From assembly GCA_963781885.1 (NCBI GenBank), contig CAWAHW010000006.1:256001-320000 (forward strand): DNA of 64,000 nt, read 5' to 3'. This document shows, in pieces, positions 8,749 through 18,783 of this stretch (position 1 is its first letter; every line of letters begins with the position of its first letter). This DNA is from an uncultured Spirochaetota bacterium (GTDB taxonomy: Bacteria; Spirochaetota; Spirochaetia; SZUA-6; Fen-1364). The translations under genes and the position numbers were made by a program. The notes beneath the pieces were generated by a model that worked only from the letters and a program-made list of their open reading frames with translations, searched no databases and was not told the origin of the DNA.

Positions 8749-10497
8749 ATGCCGACCCTGCCCCAATTCCTGCTGAAGAGGCTCTATGTCAGCAAGAGCC
8801 TGGCGAACGACACGGACAGCTTCCAGTTCCTCCTGCGCAACGCGATTGGTGGAGGCACGCTCCTCCGCATCTACGGCCTGGACGTGGACGGCACGAGCCA
8901 TCCGGCCTCATCGCTCTCCCTGGTCCTCCCCGACGGGACGGCGCGCGCGGCCGACAGCGTGACCGAGGAAAAACCATTCCCGATCTCCGCGGGAGTGGCC
9001 ATGGTATTCCGTCTTTCCGGCACGGCACTCGCCCCCGGCGGCCACAGTCTCAAGCTGAAGCTGCTGGTCCGCGAGCTGGGCAAGCTGGACATCGGCTTCT
9101 CCGACACCGTGAGCGCCACCGTGGCCGCCGCCGCAAAGAGCGCGGCGCAGCGGGAGGTCGCCGCCGCGGCCCCGAAACATGCCCGCCCGATCCGCGTCGC
9201 CATCATCGGGGCCGGCAGCACCGTGTTTGCCCGGCAGCTCATGACCGACATCCTCCTGGCCCCCGGCCTGGAGACCGGCAGCTTCGTGCTGGTGGACATC
9301 GACGCGAAGAGACTCGAGCTCGCGCACCGTATCGGAGAGAAGATGATTGCCGCAAGCGGCCGAGGCTGGACCGTGGAGGCGGCGACCCGCCGGGCGAAGG
9401 TGCTGCCCGGTTGCGACTACGTCATCAACACCATCGAGGTGGCGGGGCTCCGCAATGTCCTCCACGATTACGACATCCCCCTGCGCTACGGCGTGGACCA
9501 GTGCATCGGGGACACCATCGGGCCCGGCGGCATCTTCAAGCTGCTGCGGACCGGACCGGAGTGGCTCGCCATCCTGCGCGACGTCGAGAGGCTCTGTCCC
9601 GGAGCGATTGTGATGAACTACACCAACCCGATGTCGGCGATGACGCTCCTTGCCCACCGGGCGACCCGCCTTACCGTCGTCGGCCTCTGTCATTCCGTCC
9701 AGGAGACCTCGCAGACGCTCGCCTCGTACCTCGACATCCCGTACGACGAGCTGCGTTTCCGCTGCGCCGGCATCAATCACCTCGCCTGGTTCACCGAGCT
9801 CGCGCACCGCGGGCAGGACATGTATCCACGCCTCCATAAGAAGGCCGCGGACCCCGAGCTCTATGAGCTCGATCCGGTGCGCTTCGAGGTCATGAAGCAT
9901 TTCGGCGCCTTTGTCACGGAATCCAGCGGCCACCTCTCGGAGTACCTGCCGTATTTCCGCAAGCGTCCCGCGCTCCTGGCAAAATACACGCGCCCCGGCT
10001 ACCGCGGGGAGAGCGGCCTGTACGCCAGAAACTGGCCGTCATGGCGCAAGGAGGCGGACGATTCCATCCGCGACATCATCGACGGCCGCGCGCCCCTTTC
10101 GCTCCAGCGCAGCGACGAGTATGCCTCCGCGATCGTTGAAGGCATCGAGCTCGCCCAGCCGCGCGTCATCCACGGCAACGTGCTCAACACGGGGGGGTTG
10201 ATCGGCAATCTCCCGCCGACGGCGTGCGTGGAGCTGCCGGTGCTCGTCGATGCGACGGGTCTTCACCCCGCACGCTTCGGCCCGCTGCCCGAGCAAATGG
10301 CGGCGCTGGACCGGACGCACATCTCCGTGCACGAGCTCATGGCGACCGCGGTGCTCGATCGCGACGCAAAAGCGGCGCGCCATGCCCTTCTCCTGGATCC
10401 ACTCACCGCCGCCGTCTGCTCTCCGGATGAGATCGATGCGCTTTTCGACGAGATGTGGCAGGCGGAGCGCGCCGACCTGGGCTGGTTCGCGTCCTGA
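8749..10497 (+). CDS. Family 4 glycoside hydrolase (MelA-like alpha-galactosidase) with an extra ~125-aa N-terminal domain
   Basis: IAIIGAGS-like NAD-binding motif (VAIIGAGS), QCIGDTIGPGG, NYTNP, GLCHS, GINH, FVTESSGHLSEY. Confidence 0.88.
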   Translation: MPTLPQFLLKRLYVSKSLANDTDSFQFLLRNAIGGGTLLRIYGLDVDGTSHPASSLSLVLPDGTARAADSVTEEKPFPISAGVAMVFRLSGTALAPGGHSLKLKLLVRELGKLDIGFSDTVSATVAAAAKSAAQREVAAAAPKHARPIRVAIIGAGSTVFARQLMTDILLAPGLETGSFVLVDIDAKRLELAHRIGEKMIAASGRGWTVEAATRRAKVLPGCDYVINTIEVAGLRNVLHDYDIPLRYGVDQCIGDTIGPGGIFKLLRTGPEWLAILRDVERLCPGAIVMNYTNPMSAMTLLAHRATRLTVVGLCHSVQETSQTLASYLDIPYDELRFRCAGINHLAWFTELAHRGQDMYPRLHKKAADPELYELDPVRFEVMKHFGAFVTESSGHLSEYLPYFRKRPALLAKYTRPGYRGESGLYARNWPSWRKEADDSIRDIIDGRAPLSLQRSDEYASAIVEGIELAQPRVIHGNVLNTGGLIGNLPPTACVELPVLVDATGLHPARFGPLPEQMAALDRTHISVHELMATAVLDRDAKAARHALLLDPLTAAVCSPDEIDALFDEMWQAERADLGWFAS

Positions 10498-10532
10498 CGG
10501 CGAGCGAGGGCGTCGCCTGGAAGGAGGTGTGG

Positions 10533-12300
10533 ATGAAGACCCGACTCCGCGACCTTGCACTGCGGATGACGCTCCTCTACGGCCTTGTCTCGGTGCTCTG
10601 GATCACCCTCTCCGATCGTCTTCTCTTCATGTTCCTCAAGGATCCGGCATCCATCAACAGGGTCTCCACCATCAAGGGATGGGCGTTCGTCGCGGTGACG
10701 TCGCTCCTGCTCTTCGGCGCGCTGCGGCGCGACTTGCGTCGATGGGAGGAGGAGGCGGCGGGTCGCGCACGGGCGGAGGAATCCCTGCGCGAAAGCGAGG
10801 CGGCTCTGCGCGCGATGTTCGACGTCGTCTCGGTGGCCATCGTGCAGGCCGACCCCGCGACGGGCCTCTACCTGCGGGTCAACCGAAAGATGAGCGAGAT
10901 CACGGGCTACTCCAACGCGGAGCTGCTGGAGAAGCGCGCCGCCGACATCACCCATCCCGATGACCGGGAGCGCGACGGGGAGGTCTTCCGCGCGCTCGTA
11001 GAAGGGGCGGTGCAGGAGTACCGGCACGAGATAAGGCTCGTGCGGAGCGACGGCTCCACGGTCTGGGTGAACGTGAACGCGACGATGCTCCATGACGACG
11101 GCGGGCGTCCCCCGCGCATGGTGGCGGCGTTGGAGGATATCAGCGTGAGACGCGGTTTGGAGGAGCAGCTCCTCCAGGCGCGGAAGATGGAGGCCATCGG
11201 ACAGCTCGCCGGCGGCATCGCGCACGACTTCAACAATCTCCTCACCGTGATCGGGGGCTACAGCGACCTGCTTCTCACGCGCATGGCATCGGACGACCCC
11301 CAGCGCAGCCTGATCGTCGAGATCCGCAAGGCAGGGCAGCGCGCGGCCTCCCTCACGCAGCAGCTTCTTGCCTTCAGCCGTCGGCAGATGCTCGCCCCGA
11401 AGCTCCTGGACCTCAACGAGGTGGTGGTGAACGTCGAAAAGATGCTCCGCCGTCTCATCGGCGAGGACTACGTCGTCGACGCTCGCGCTTTCCACGCGCA
11501 GCGTGCTGATCAAGGTCGACCCCGGGCAGCTGGAGCAGGTGATCATCAATCTCTGCGTGAACGCGCGCGATGCAATGCCCCGTGGCGGCCTCCTCACGAT
11601 CGAGACGCGCATCGAGGAGCTCGACGAGCGCTTCTGCGAGCTGCACCAGGGCGCGCGGCCCGGTCGCTCCATGGTGCTCGCGGTGAGCGATACCGGCGAA
11701 GGGATGACGCCGCAGGTGCGGGAGAGGATATTCGAGCCCTTTTTTACCACCAAGGAGCAGGGAAAGGGCACCGGGCTTGGCCTTGCCACCGTGTTCGGCA
11801 TCGTGCGCCAGAGCGACGGATTCATCGACGTCAGGAGCGAGGTCGGGGCAGGGTCGACATTCACCGTCTACCTGCCCGCCGCGTCAGGCGAGGCGCAGAC
11901 GGAGCAGTCCGCGGAAGAAGGCCTGGCGCCGTCGGTGGGCGGTGAGGGCATCCTGCTCGTGGAAGACGAAGAGGGCGTGCGGCAATTCGTCCGTCTCGCG
12001 TTGGAGTCCTACGGGTATTTCGTCCGGGAGGCGCGGACCGCGAAGGCCGCCCTGGAGATGCTGGAGAGCGCGGCGGCGCCGGTGCAGCTCCTCCTCACGG
12101 ACGTCGTGATGCCGGACATGAGCGGCCCGCAGCTCGCGGAGGCGGCGCGCGCCCGCGTCGACGTCAAGGTTCTTTTCATGAGCGGCTATACCGATGACCG
12201 CATCGTGCGGGAAGGGGTCCTTTCGCCCGGCACGCATTTCATCACGAAGCCGTTTTCCGCGCTCGACCTCGCGCGCAAGGTGCGCCAGGCGCTCGGGTAG
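10533..12300 (+). CDS. Membrane PAS-domain hybrid histidine kinase/response regulator (frameshift near 11478)
   Basis: 2 TM, PAS (THPDDR), H-box GGIAHDFNNLL, N/G boxes NARDAM, DTGEG, FFTTK, GTGLGL, REC domain TDVVMP. Confidence 0.88.
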
Positions 12301-12332
12301 AGACGGGCGTTTCGCGGCGCTATACTCGCGCG

Positions 12333-13508
12333 GTGAGCGAACCTGACTTCACCTGCGTCGTCACCTCCAGCTTCGGGCTGGAATCGATCGTGCGCGCCGA
12401 GATCGACGCACTGGGTGTGCGTGGGGCGCGCACCCTGGACCGGCGCGTCATCTTCACGGGGACCGCGCGGGACGTCGCCCGCTGCAACGTCTGCCTGCGG
12501 GCCGCAGATCGGGTGCTCATCCAGGCGGCGGAGATTCCGGCGCCGGATTTTGACTCGCTCTATGAGGGCATCCGGAGCCTGCCGTGGCGCGACCTGCTCG
12601 CGCAGGACGCCGCGGTGACGGTGAAGGCGCGCAGCGCAAAGTCCCGTCTGACGGCGATTCCTTCCATCCAGTCCGTTGCGAAGAGGGCCATCCTCGATGG
12701 GCTCACCGGTCGGCGCGGCCGCACCGGGGGGCCCGGGGCGCCGCGCGACCAGGGGCCGCGTCTCCCCGAGACGGGTCCGGCGTACGACGTGGAGGTGATG
12801 CTGAACGCCGATCGCGCGGCCATCTGCCTCGACACGACCGGCCCGGGGCTGCACAAGCGCGGCTATCGGCGGGGAACGGGTGAGGCGCCCCTGCGCGAAA
12901 ATCTCGCGGCGGGCCTCGTGGCGCTGTCGCGCTGGGAGCCGCCGCGTCCGTTCGCCGACCCGCTCTGCGGCGCGGGAACCATCCCCATCGAAGCGGCGCT
13001 GCGCGCGGCGCGCATCGCGCCGGGCCGGGGGAGGGCATTCGCCGCCGAGCGGTGGCCGCTCGTTCCCGCCCGCGTGTGGAAGGACGCCCGCGAGGAGGCG
13101 CGCGCGGGGGAACGCCGCGATCCGGGCATCCGCATCGAGGCGTCCGACCGCGACCCGCGGATGGTGGCCCTTGCGCGGCGCAACGCGGAGGCGGCGGGAG
13201 TCGAGGATCTGGTTGCATTCCGCGTCGCCGCCGTCCAGGGCATCACGCCCGCGGGCGAACGCGGTTGCATGATCTGCAACCCGCCGTACGGGGAGCGCCT
13301 CGGAGACGCGCGGGAGGTGGAAGAGCTCGCGGCCGCCCTTGCGGGGGTTTTTGAAAGGGCCGCCACGTGGTCCCTCTTCGTCCTGAGCGGGCGCGAGGAT
13401 TTCCAGAAGCTTTTCGGCGCGCGAGCGGACCGCAATCGGAAGCTCTACAACGGCAATATCCGCTGCTGGTTCTACCAGTACTTTCGCCCGCTGCGGCCGG
13501 GGGCCTAA
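12333..13508 (+). CDS. THUMP-domain class I SAM-dependent RNA methyltransferase (RlmL/YpsC-like)
   Basis: DTTGPGLHKRGYR, APLRENLAA, DPLCGAGTIPIEA, NPPYGERL, RKLYNG. Confidence 0.9.
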   Translation: MSEPDFTCVVTSSFGLESIVRAEIDALGVRGARTLDRRVIFTGTARDVARCNVCLRAADRVLIQAAEIPAPDFDSLYEGIRSLPWRDLLAQDAAVTVKARSAKSRLTAIPSIQSVAKRAILDGLTGRRGRTGGPGAPRDQGPRLPETGPAYDVEVMLNADRAAICLDTTGPGLHKRGYRRGTGEAPLRENLAAGLVALSRWEPPRPFADPLCGAGTIPIEAALRAARIAPGRGRAFAAERWPLVPARVWKDAREEARAGERRDPGIRIEASDRDPRMVALARRNAEAAGVEDLVAFRVAAVQGITPAGERGCMICNPPYGERLGDAREVEELAAALAGVFERAATWSLFVLSGREDFQKLFGARADRNRKLYNGNIRCWFYQYFRPLRPGA

Positions 13509-14749
13509 GCGCGCGGATTCCTGATTCGCTTCTCCCTGTCGGGGACTCTCACCATTCTCTTGCCGCGGATGGCGTACAGGTGGCCGGCGTGCTCGAATTT
13601 TCGCACGAACGCCGATGCGGGAGCCGCGAAGAGGGTGAAAATGTCCCGCAGGGGAATGGTCCATGCGTAGCGCAGGTCTTTCCACGCATGACCGTACAGG
13701 ATGTTCGACAGGACGATGCTGAGCGTGCGCACGACGAGCGCGCCGACGCCCAGGACAAGCGCAGCGGTGCGGAGGGGCAGCGTCCCGCCCGCCACAAAGA
13801 CCCGAAGCGTGGGGTCGAGGAAGAGGGACAGGAGCAGGGTGATGACAGCCAGGCCGGAGTTCTGCAGGAGAGGGACGAGGACATAGGCGCGGGAGAACTT
13901 GTACCAGAACATCCCCCACCGCAGGATGTGACCGGCGGCCTTTCTCCAGGTGGTCTTCACGTAGCGGGTGTGGGTGATCCTCCGGGACATCCAGATGTGC
14001 GCGCCCGGTCTGTGCATGACCTCGCCCCAGGCGTTGTCGTCGCTCACGTGATCCTTGATGACATCGATCGCGCCGAAATCATAGAAATCCATTTTTCGCA
14101 GGACCAGCGTATGCCCGACGACGAAGCGCAGGAGACCGAGCTGGCTCAACAACATGAGGACGACGGGGTAGTCGCCGTTCTGGTACAGCCCCTCGAAGGC
14201 GCTTGCCGCCGACCGGAAGTGATTCATCGTCTGGATGGAAAAAACGATGGAGACATGCGGGTCGGAAAGCGGCCGGACCTCGCGCAGAAGATGATCAGGC
14301 TCCACGAAGGCGTCCGCGTCGGTGATGTTGATGGTGTCGTACTTGGCGTGGGCAATGCCCTCGATGTAGTTGTTCGCTTTCTCGTGGACGGCGACGTGCT
14401 CGCGGGAGCGGATCAGGCGCGCGTCGACGCCGGGATGTCCGGCGATCATCCGCTCAATGACGGGAATCGACGGATCGTCACCCGCGTTCTCGTGCACGAC
14501 GAAGAGTATCTCGAAGACCGGATAGTCGATGGCAAAGAAGCTCAAGAAGTTCTTTTCGTCGTCCGGGGCGAGACCCCGCACGGGCTTCACGATCGTCACG
14601 GGCGGCGTGAAGCCTTCGACGCGCGCGTAGGGATCGCGGCGCACGGCGTACGCCGCCGCGGCGAGCCAGAACGGCAGATGTCCGAGGATGACGACGGCGA
14701 GCTCGATGCACAGAACGAAGACGATCCATCCGAGTACGCCAAGGCTCAT
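13505..14749 (-). CDS. GT21-like glycosyltransferase (ceramide glucosyltransferase/HpnI-like)
   Basis: N-terminal TM, IVKPVRG, HEKANN, DAD, SDD, HILRW (Q/RxxRW-like), C-terminal TMs. Confidence 0.78.
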   Translation of the reverse strand: MSLGVLGWIVFVLCIELAVVILGHLPFWLAAAAYAVRRDPYARVEGFTPPVTIVKPVRGLAPDDEKNFLSFFAIDYPVFEILFVVHENAGDDPSIPVIERMIAGHPGVDARLIRSREHVAVHEKANNYIEGIAHAKYDTINITDADAFVEPDHLLREVRPLSDPHVSIVFSIQTMNHFRSAASAFEGLYQNGDYPVVLMLLSQLGLLRFVVGHTLVLRKMDFYDFGAIDVIKDHVSDDNAWGEVMHRPGAHIWMSRRITHTRYVKTTWRKAAGHILRWGMFWYKFSRAYVLVPLLQNSGLAVITLLLSLFLDPTLRVFVAGGTLPLRTAALVLGVGALVVRTLSIVLSNILYGHAWKDLRYAWTIPLRDIFTLFAAPASAFVRKFEHAGHLYAIRGKRMVRVPDREKRIRNPRA

Positions 14750-14937
14750 GGCACATCATCCTCCCCGAATCGGGCGTTTCGATTGAAACAGCGAAGGAGA
14801 ATCGCGTGACCGTTCGGCGATCGCTCACCGTCCATGTATGGGGAAAATAACGCGATCGCGGCACGAATGGGAAGCGAGCCTTCCGGACACATGCCTCGGC
14901 AGGCGAGGCGGGCGGCGCGCGAGCTTCTCATCAGGGA

Positions 14938-14967
14938 TTGCATTTTTCGATTTTCGCTCCCTATACT
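14938..14967 (+). promoter_or_regulatory. sigma70 promoter of the GT4 gene
   Basis: TTGCAT-18 nt-TATACT. Confidence 0.6.
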
Positions 14968-15048
14968 CGGGCTGTTGATCCGCAAGGAGGCCTCCCGGAG
15001 GCAACTGAGCCCCGGGGCGTGCGCTTCCGAAGTAAAAAGGATCGAACG

Positions 15049-16230
15049 ATGAAAATTGCTTTGACCACGGATACATATTGGCCAAGGGTGAACGGCGTGA
15101 CGGTTGTCGTCGACAGTCTTCGCCGGTACCTGGCGTCACGGGGCCACGATGTGCGCGTTTTCGCTCCCCAGTATCCGGTCGATAAAAAAAACGCAGGCGC
15201 AAAGGATCCGCCAAACGTTCAACGCTTCTCCGCGTTCAGCCTCCGTTTGTCCCCCGAAGATCGGATCGGGTGGCCGATCGACCGCTGGCAGATCACCAGA
15301 ATCCTGTCGGACTGGAAGCCCGACATCGTCCATTCACATACGGAGTTCACGATAGGCTTCGGCGGCAAGACGTACTGTCGGCGGCATGGTGTCCCGCATA
15401 TCATGACCCGCCACGCCATGTATGAGGATTTTCTCTGTACGTATGTCCCCGTCATACCGCCATGGCTTTCGCGCTCCATCGTCGCGTCATGGTCGAGGGC
15501 TGATTACCGCCTCGTGGACCGCGTGGTGGTTCCCGCAGAACACCTCCGGCAGCTCATCATCTCCTACGGCGTCCACACGCCGGTCGAGGTCATCCCGAAC
15601 GGCGTGGACATGCCCGAGCTCGACCCCCGGCGCGCGCCCGAGGCGAGCCCGCGTGTCGCCCCCATTTTACAGCAGACAAAGGGCCATCGGGTGCTCATCA
15701 CGGTCGGCCGCGTGGCACGCGAGAAAAACATCGACTTCCTCCTCCGCGCTTTCGAGCTTGTACCCCAGACACCCGCGCCGGTCGATCTTCTTGTGGTCGG
15801 GGATGGACCTTATCGCAGGGATCTGCAGATGAAGATCGCAGCCCGCGGCCTCTCTGACAGGATCATATTCACCGGCTACTTGAGCAGGATTGAAGTTGCC
15901 GCGTTGCTGAGTCGATCCGACGTATTCGTTTTCGCGTCAAAGACGGAAGTGCTGAGTCTGGTGCTCATCGAGGCAATGATCTGCGGCACGGCAATCGTTG
16001 CCGTGAAAGCCAGGGGCGTCGACGAGGTAATCGACGGTTCGTGGGGCACGAACCTGGTGCCCGAAGACCCACATGAGTTTGCGCGCGCCGTCACGCAGCT
16101 CCTGACCAATGAGCCGTTGCGGCGACGTCTCGCCGGGGAGGGAAAAAAAGCATCACAGAACTGGACGATGGTACGCATGGCAGAACGGACGCTCGCTCTT
16201 TACGAAAGCCTTGTGCGCGCGGCCTCGTGA
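15049..16230 (+). CDS. GT4 glycosyltransferase (monoglycosyl-diacylglycerol synthase-like)
   Basis: MKIALTTDTYWPRVNGV, HSHTEF, IPNGVD, VGRVAREKNI, SKTEVLSLVLIEAM. Confidence 0.88.
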   Translation: MKIALTTDTYWPRVNGVTVVVDSLRRYLASRGHDVRVFAPQYPVDKKNAGAKDPPNVQRFSAFSLRLSPEDRIGWPIDRWQITRILSDWKPDIVHSHTEFTIGFGGKTYCRRHGVPHIMTRHAMYEDFLCTYVPVIPPWLSRSIVASWSRADYRLVDRVVVPAEHLRQLIISYGVHTPVEVIPNGVDMPELDPRRAPEASPRVAPILQQTKGHRVLITVGRVAREKNIDFLLRAFELVPQTPAPVDLLVVGDGPYRRDLQMKIAARGLSDRIIFTGYLSRIEVAALLSRSDVFVFASKTEVLSLVLIEAMICGTAIVAVKARGVDEVIDGSWGTNLVPEDPHEFARAVTQLLTNEPLRRRLAGEGKKASQNWTMVRMAERTLALYESLVRAAS

Positions 16231-16359
16231 GATGCGCGGCCGCATGAAGAACGAGCCATCACGTTCGTCTGTTGACACGCCGGGGCGCCGATCGGGGACG
16301 CACCCGGGGTCTCTTGCGGGGATTGTCATCTCGAATCCCCCCGCCGTATGCTACGCTCC

Positions 16360-17103
16360 ATGAAGTTCAGCTTCGTGATTCCGGCGCACAACGAGGAAAA
16401 GAGAATCGGCCAATGCGTCGATTCCATTCTCCATGCGATCGAAGCGACAATGTGCGACGCCGAGGTCGTCGTGGTCGACAATGCAAGCGGGGATTGCACG
16501 GCAAAGGTCGCCTCATCCCGCCCGGGAGTTCGCGTCGTCGAGGAGCCACGCAAGGGGCTGCTCTTCGCCCGCCAGAAAGGGTTTGAAGCTGCAACGGGGG
16601 ATCTGGTGGCCTGCATCGATGCGGATTCGCTTCTGAGCCCGGGCTGGATCGACGCCGCGCGCCATGCTTTCGCCCGGTCCCCGCGCATCGTGTGCCTGAG
16701 CGGTCCCTACGTCTATTACGATTTGTCCTCTGCCGCCAACCTTCTCGTGATGATGTGGTACTTCGTCACGATGGTCATCATGGCGTTCATCGGCCAGTAC
16801 ATTCTGGGGACGACCGCGATGCTGCAGGGGGGAAACTACGTCGTGCGCCGAAGCGCGCTGGAAAAGATCGGCGGCTACAACACCGCCATCACCTTTTACG
16901 GGGAGGACATCGACCTTGCCTGCCGCCTTGCAAAGGTCGGCCATATCCTGTTTTTGTTCCGCTTCAGGCTCAAGACATCAGGCCGCCGGATCCGCAAGGA
17001 AGGATTCTTTGCCACCGGCATCCGCTACGCGGCCAACGGGCTGTATGTCGCGTTGCTGGGTCGGCCGGTTTCCCATCGTTACACGGACATCCGGGAGAGT
17101 TGA
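16360..17103 (+). CDS. GT2 glycosyltransferase
   Basis: VIPAHNEE, VVDNAS, IDAD, GGNY, GEDID. Confidence 0.88.
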   Translation: MKFSFVIPAHNEEKRIGQCVDSILHAIEATMCDAEVVVVDNASGDCTAKVASSRPGVRVVEEPRKGLLFARQKGFEAATGDLVACIDADSLLSPGWIDAARHAFARSPRIVCLSGPYVYYDLSSAANLLVMMWYFVTMVIMAFIGQYILGTTAMLQGGNYVVRRSALEKIGGYNTAITFYGEDIDLACRLAKVGHILFLFRFRLKTSGRRIRKEGFFATGIRYAANGLYVALLGRPVSHRYTDIRES

Positions 17104-17923
17104 TCGCTTTCGAAAGCGAGGCTGATCTCACGCGCCAGGCTCGGCGGGTCCAGCAGGGGCCACAGATGCACGCCTTCGATCGTGCGAAACCGAGCGCGGG
17201 GGAGAACGGCGTGGAGGCTTGCGGCGGATCCAGGAAAGAAGACGTCCCGGTCGGCGGTCAGCACGACCGCGGGCACGTTCGCGGTCCTGCAGGCGCCGGA
17301 CAGGCGAAAACAGCGCACGACCAGACGGAGGAGTCTCCGTTGAAAAAGGACCCAGCGTAAACCGTTGAGAACGTAATCGCGCGCGACACGCGCGAAGATG
17401 CGGGTCGTCCCCTTCCTCATCGACACGCGCAGGCCGCCCACCGCTTCGCGCGCGACGCGCACGAGCACCCCCCCGTGGCGGTAGCGCTCGCCGCCCTCCG
17501 CGGGGCTCAGGAGCACGAGGGATTCGAGGTCGGGGAGCCCGGGGGCGAGCTGCAGGGCGATGCCGCCCCCGAACGAGTAGCCGATCATGCGCCTGATCCG
17601 GAAAGCCCGCTCGTCGAGCAGCCGGCGCATGAGCGCCGCATAGGTGGTGAAGTCCCAGATGCCCGGTCAGGGAAATCCGACCGCCCGAAACCGGGAATCT
17701 CCGGTACGAGCACCTCGTGATCGCGCGCGAGAAAGAGGATGACGTCGCGGAATGTCGAGGCGGGGAGACCCGCGCCGTGGAGAAAGAGCAGGGGCGTGCC
17801 CTCCCCGACGACCCAGTAGCGGAGCGTGAAGCCGTCCGCGCGGAAAGTGTGCGCCACGCCCCGAGGGAACACGCGCGCCGCGCGAGATGCGCGGCGGTGC
17901 CGGCGGAAAGGGCCCCGCGTCAA
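17079..17923 (-). CDS. Alpha/beta hydrolase (frameshift near 17660)
   Basis: LLFLHGAG, PEIPGFGRSD, nucleophile elbow GYSFGG, DRD acid, EGVH; split over two ORFs. Confidence 0.75.
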
Positions 17924-17942
17924 TGCGCGCGCACCGCCATGC

Positions 17943-18725
17943 TCAGACGACGCTCCACCCCAGCGTCGAATCGAGGATCCCGTACGTGGTGTCCACGATG
18001 ATGACGACGATGAGGTTGATGACGATGGATTTCGTCGTTGTCTTGCCCAGCTCCACCGCGCCGCCCTGGAAATAGAAGCCCAGGCCGCAGGCGTTCATGC
18101 CGACGAAGAATGCCATGATCATGCAGCGGATGTAGGAGGTCGTGAGGATGCGCGTCGTGAGGATGGAAAAGGCATGCTGGAGAAAGATCGGGATGGAGAT
18201 GTCGAAAAAGAGCAGGCCGAAGAACATCGCTGCCACGATCGCCACCGCGTCCGTGAGGGCCTTCAGGAGCGGGAGACAGAGTATGGCGGCGAGGACCCGG
18301 GGAATCACGATCTGCTGGGTCGGCTCCACCGCCATGAGGCGCAGCACGTCGAGCTGGCTCGTCATCTGCATGGAACCGATCTCCACGGTGAAACCCGTGC
18401 CGATGCGCGCGGCAAATATCATCGCGCCGACCATGGTGGTCGACTCCGACAGGATGAGGAAGATGCCCGCCGCGCCGCTCCAGTACACGACGCTGAACTT
18501 GGCGCCGTACCAGCCGGCGAGCCAGCCGAACATCGCGCCCTGGACGATGGCGGCCACCACCATGGTGCCGAAGGCCTCCAGGATGACGCGCCCGATCTGA
18601 TCGCCAAGCTGTCGGATGGGGAACGGCTCCCGCAGCAGCCAATAGAAGAAGCTGCGGTACATGCGGACCGCGGATTTCGCTGCGTAGCGCCATTCGCCCG
18701 TCGGGAGTCCGTCTGCCCGTGTCAT
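17943..18725 (-). CDS. MlaE-family ABC permease
   Basis: ARIGTGFTVEIGSMQMTSQLDVLRLM, VIPRVLA, GGAVELGKTTTKSIV; TTGACA-17-TATTCT upstream. Confidence 0.85.
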   Translation of the reverse strand: MTRADGLPTGEWRYAAKSAVRMYRSFFYWLLREPFPIRQLGDQIGRVILEAFGTMVVAAIVQGAMFGWLAGWYGAKFSVVYWSGAAGIFLILSESTTMVGAMIFAARIGTGFTVEIGSMQMTSQLDVLRLMAVEPTQQIVIPRVLAAILCLPLLKALTDAVAIVAAMFFGLLFFDISIPIFLQHAFSILTTRILTTSYIRCMIMAFFVGMNACGLGFYFQGGAVELGKTTTKSIVINLIVVIIVDTTYGILDSTLGWSVV

Positions 18726-18783
18726 GCGCCGTGAGAATACGGGCAGACCGCGCCGCTGTCAAGGCGACGCGGAGGCCGGCCGC

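Noticed and set aside
8560-8750. T-box riboswitch upstream of leuS
   Set aside because: No T-box consensus or terminator; the promoter abuts the start codon, leaving no leader.
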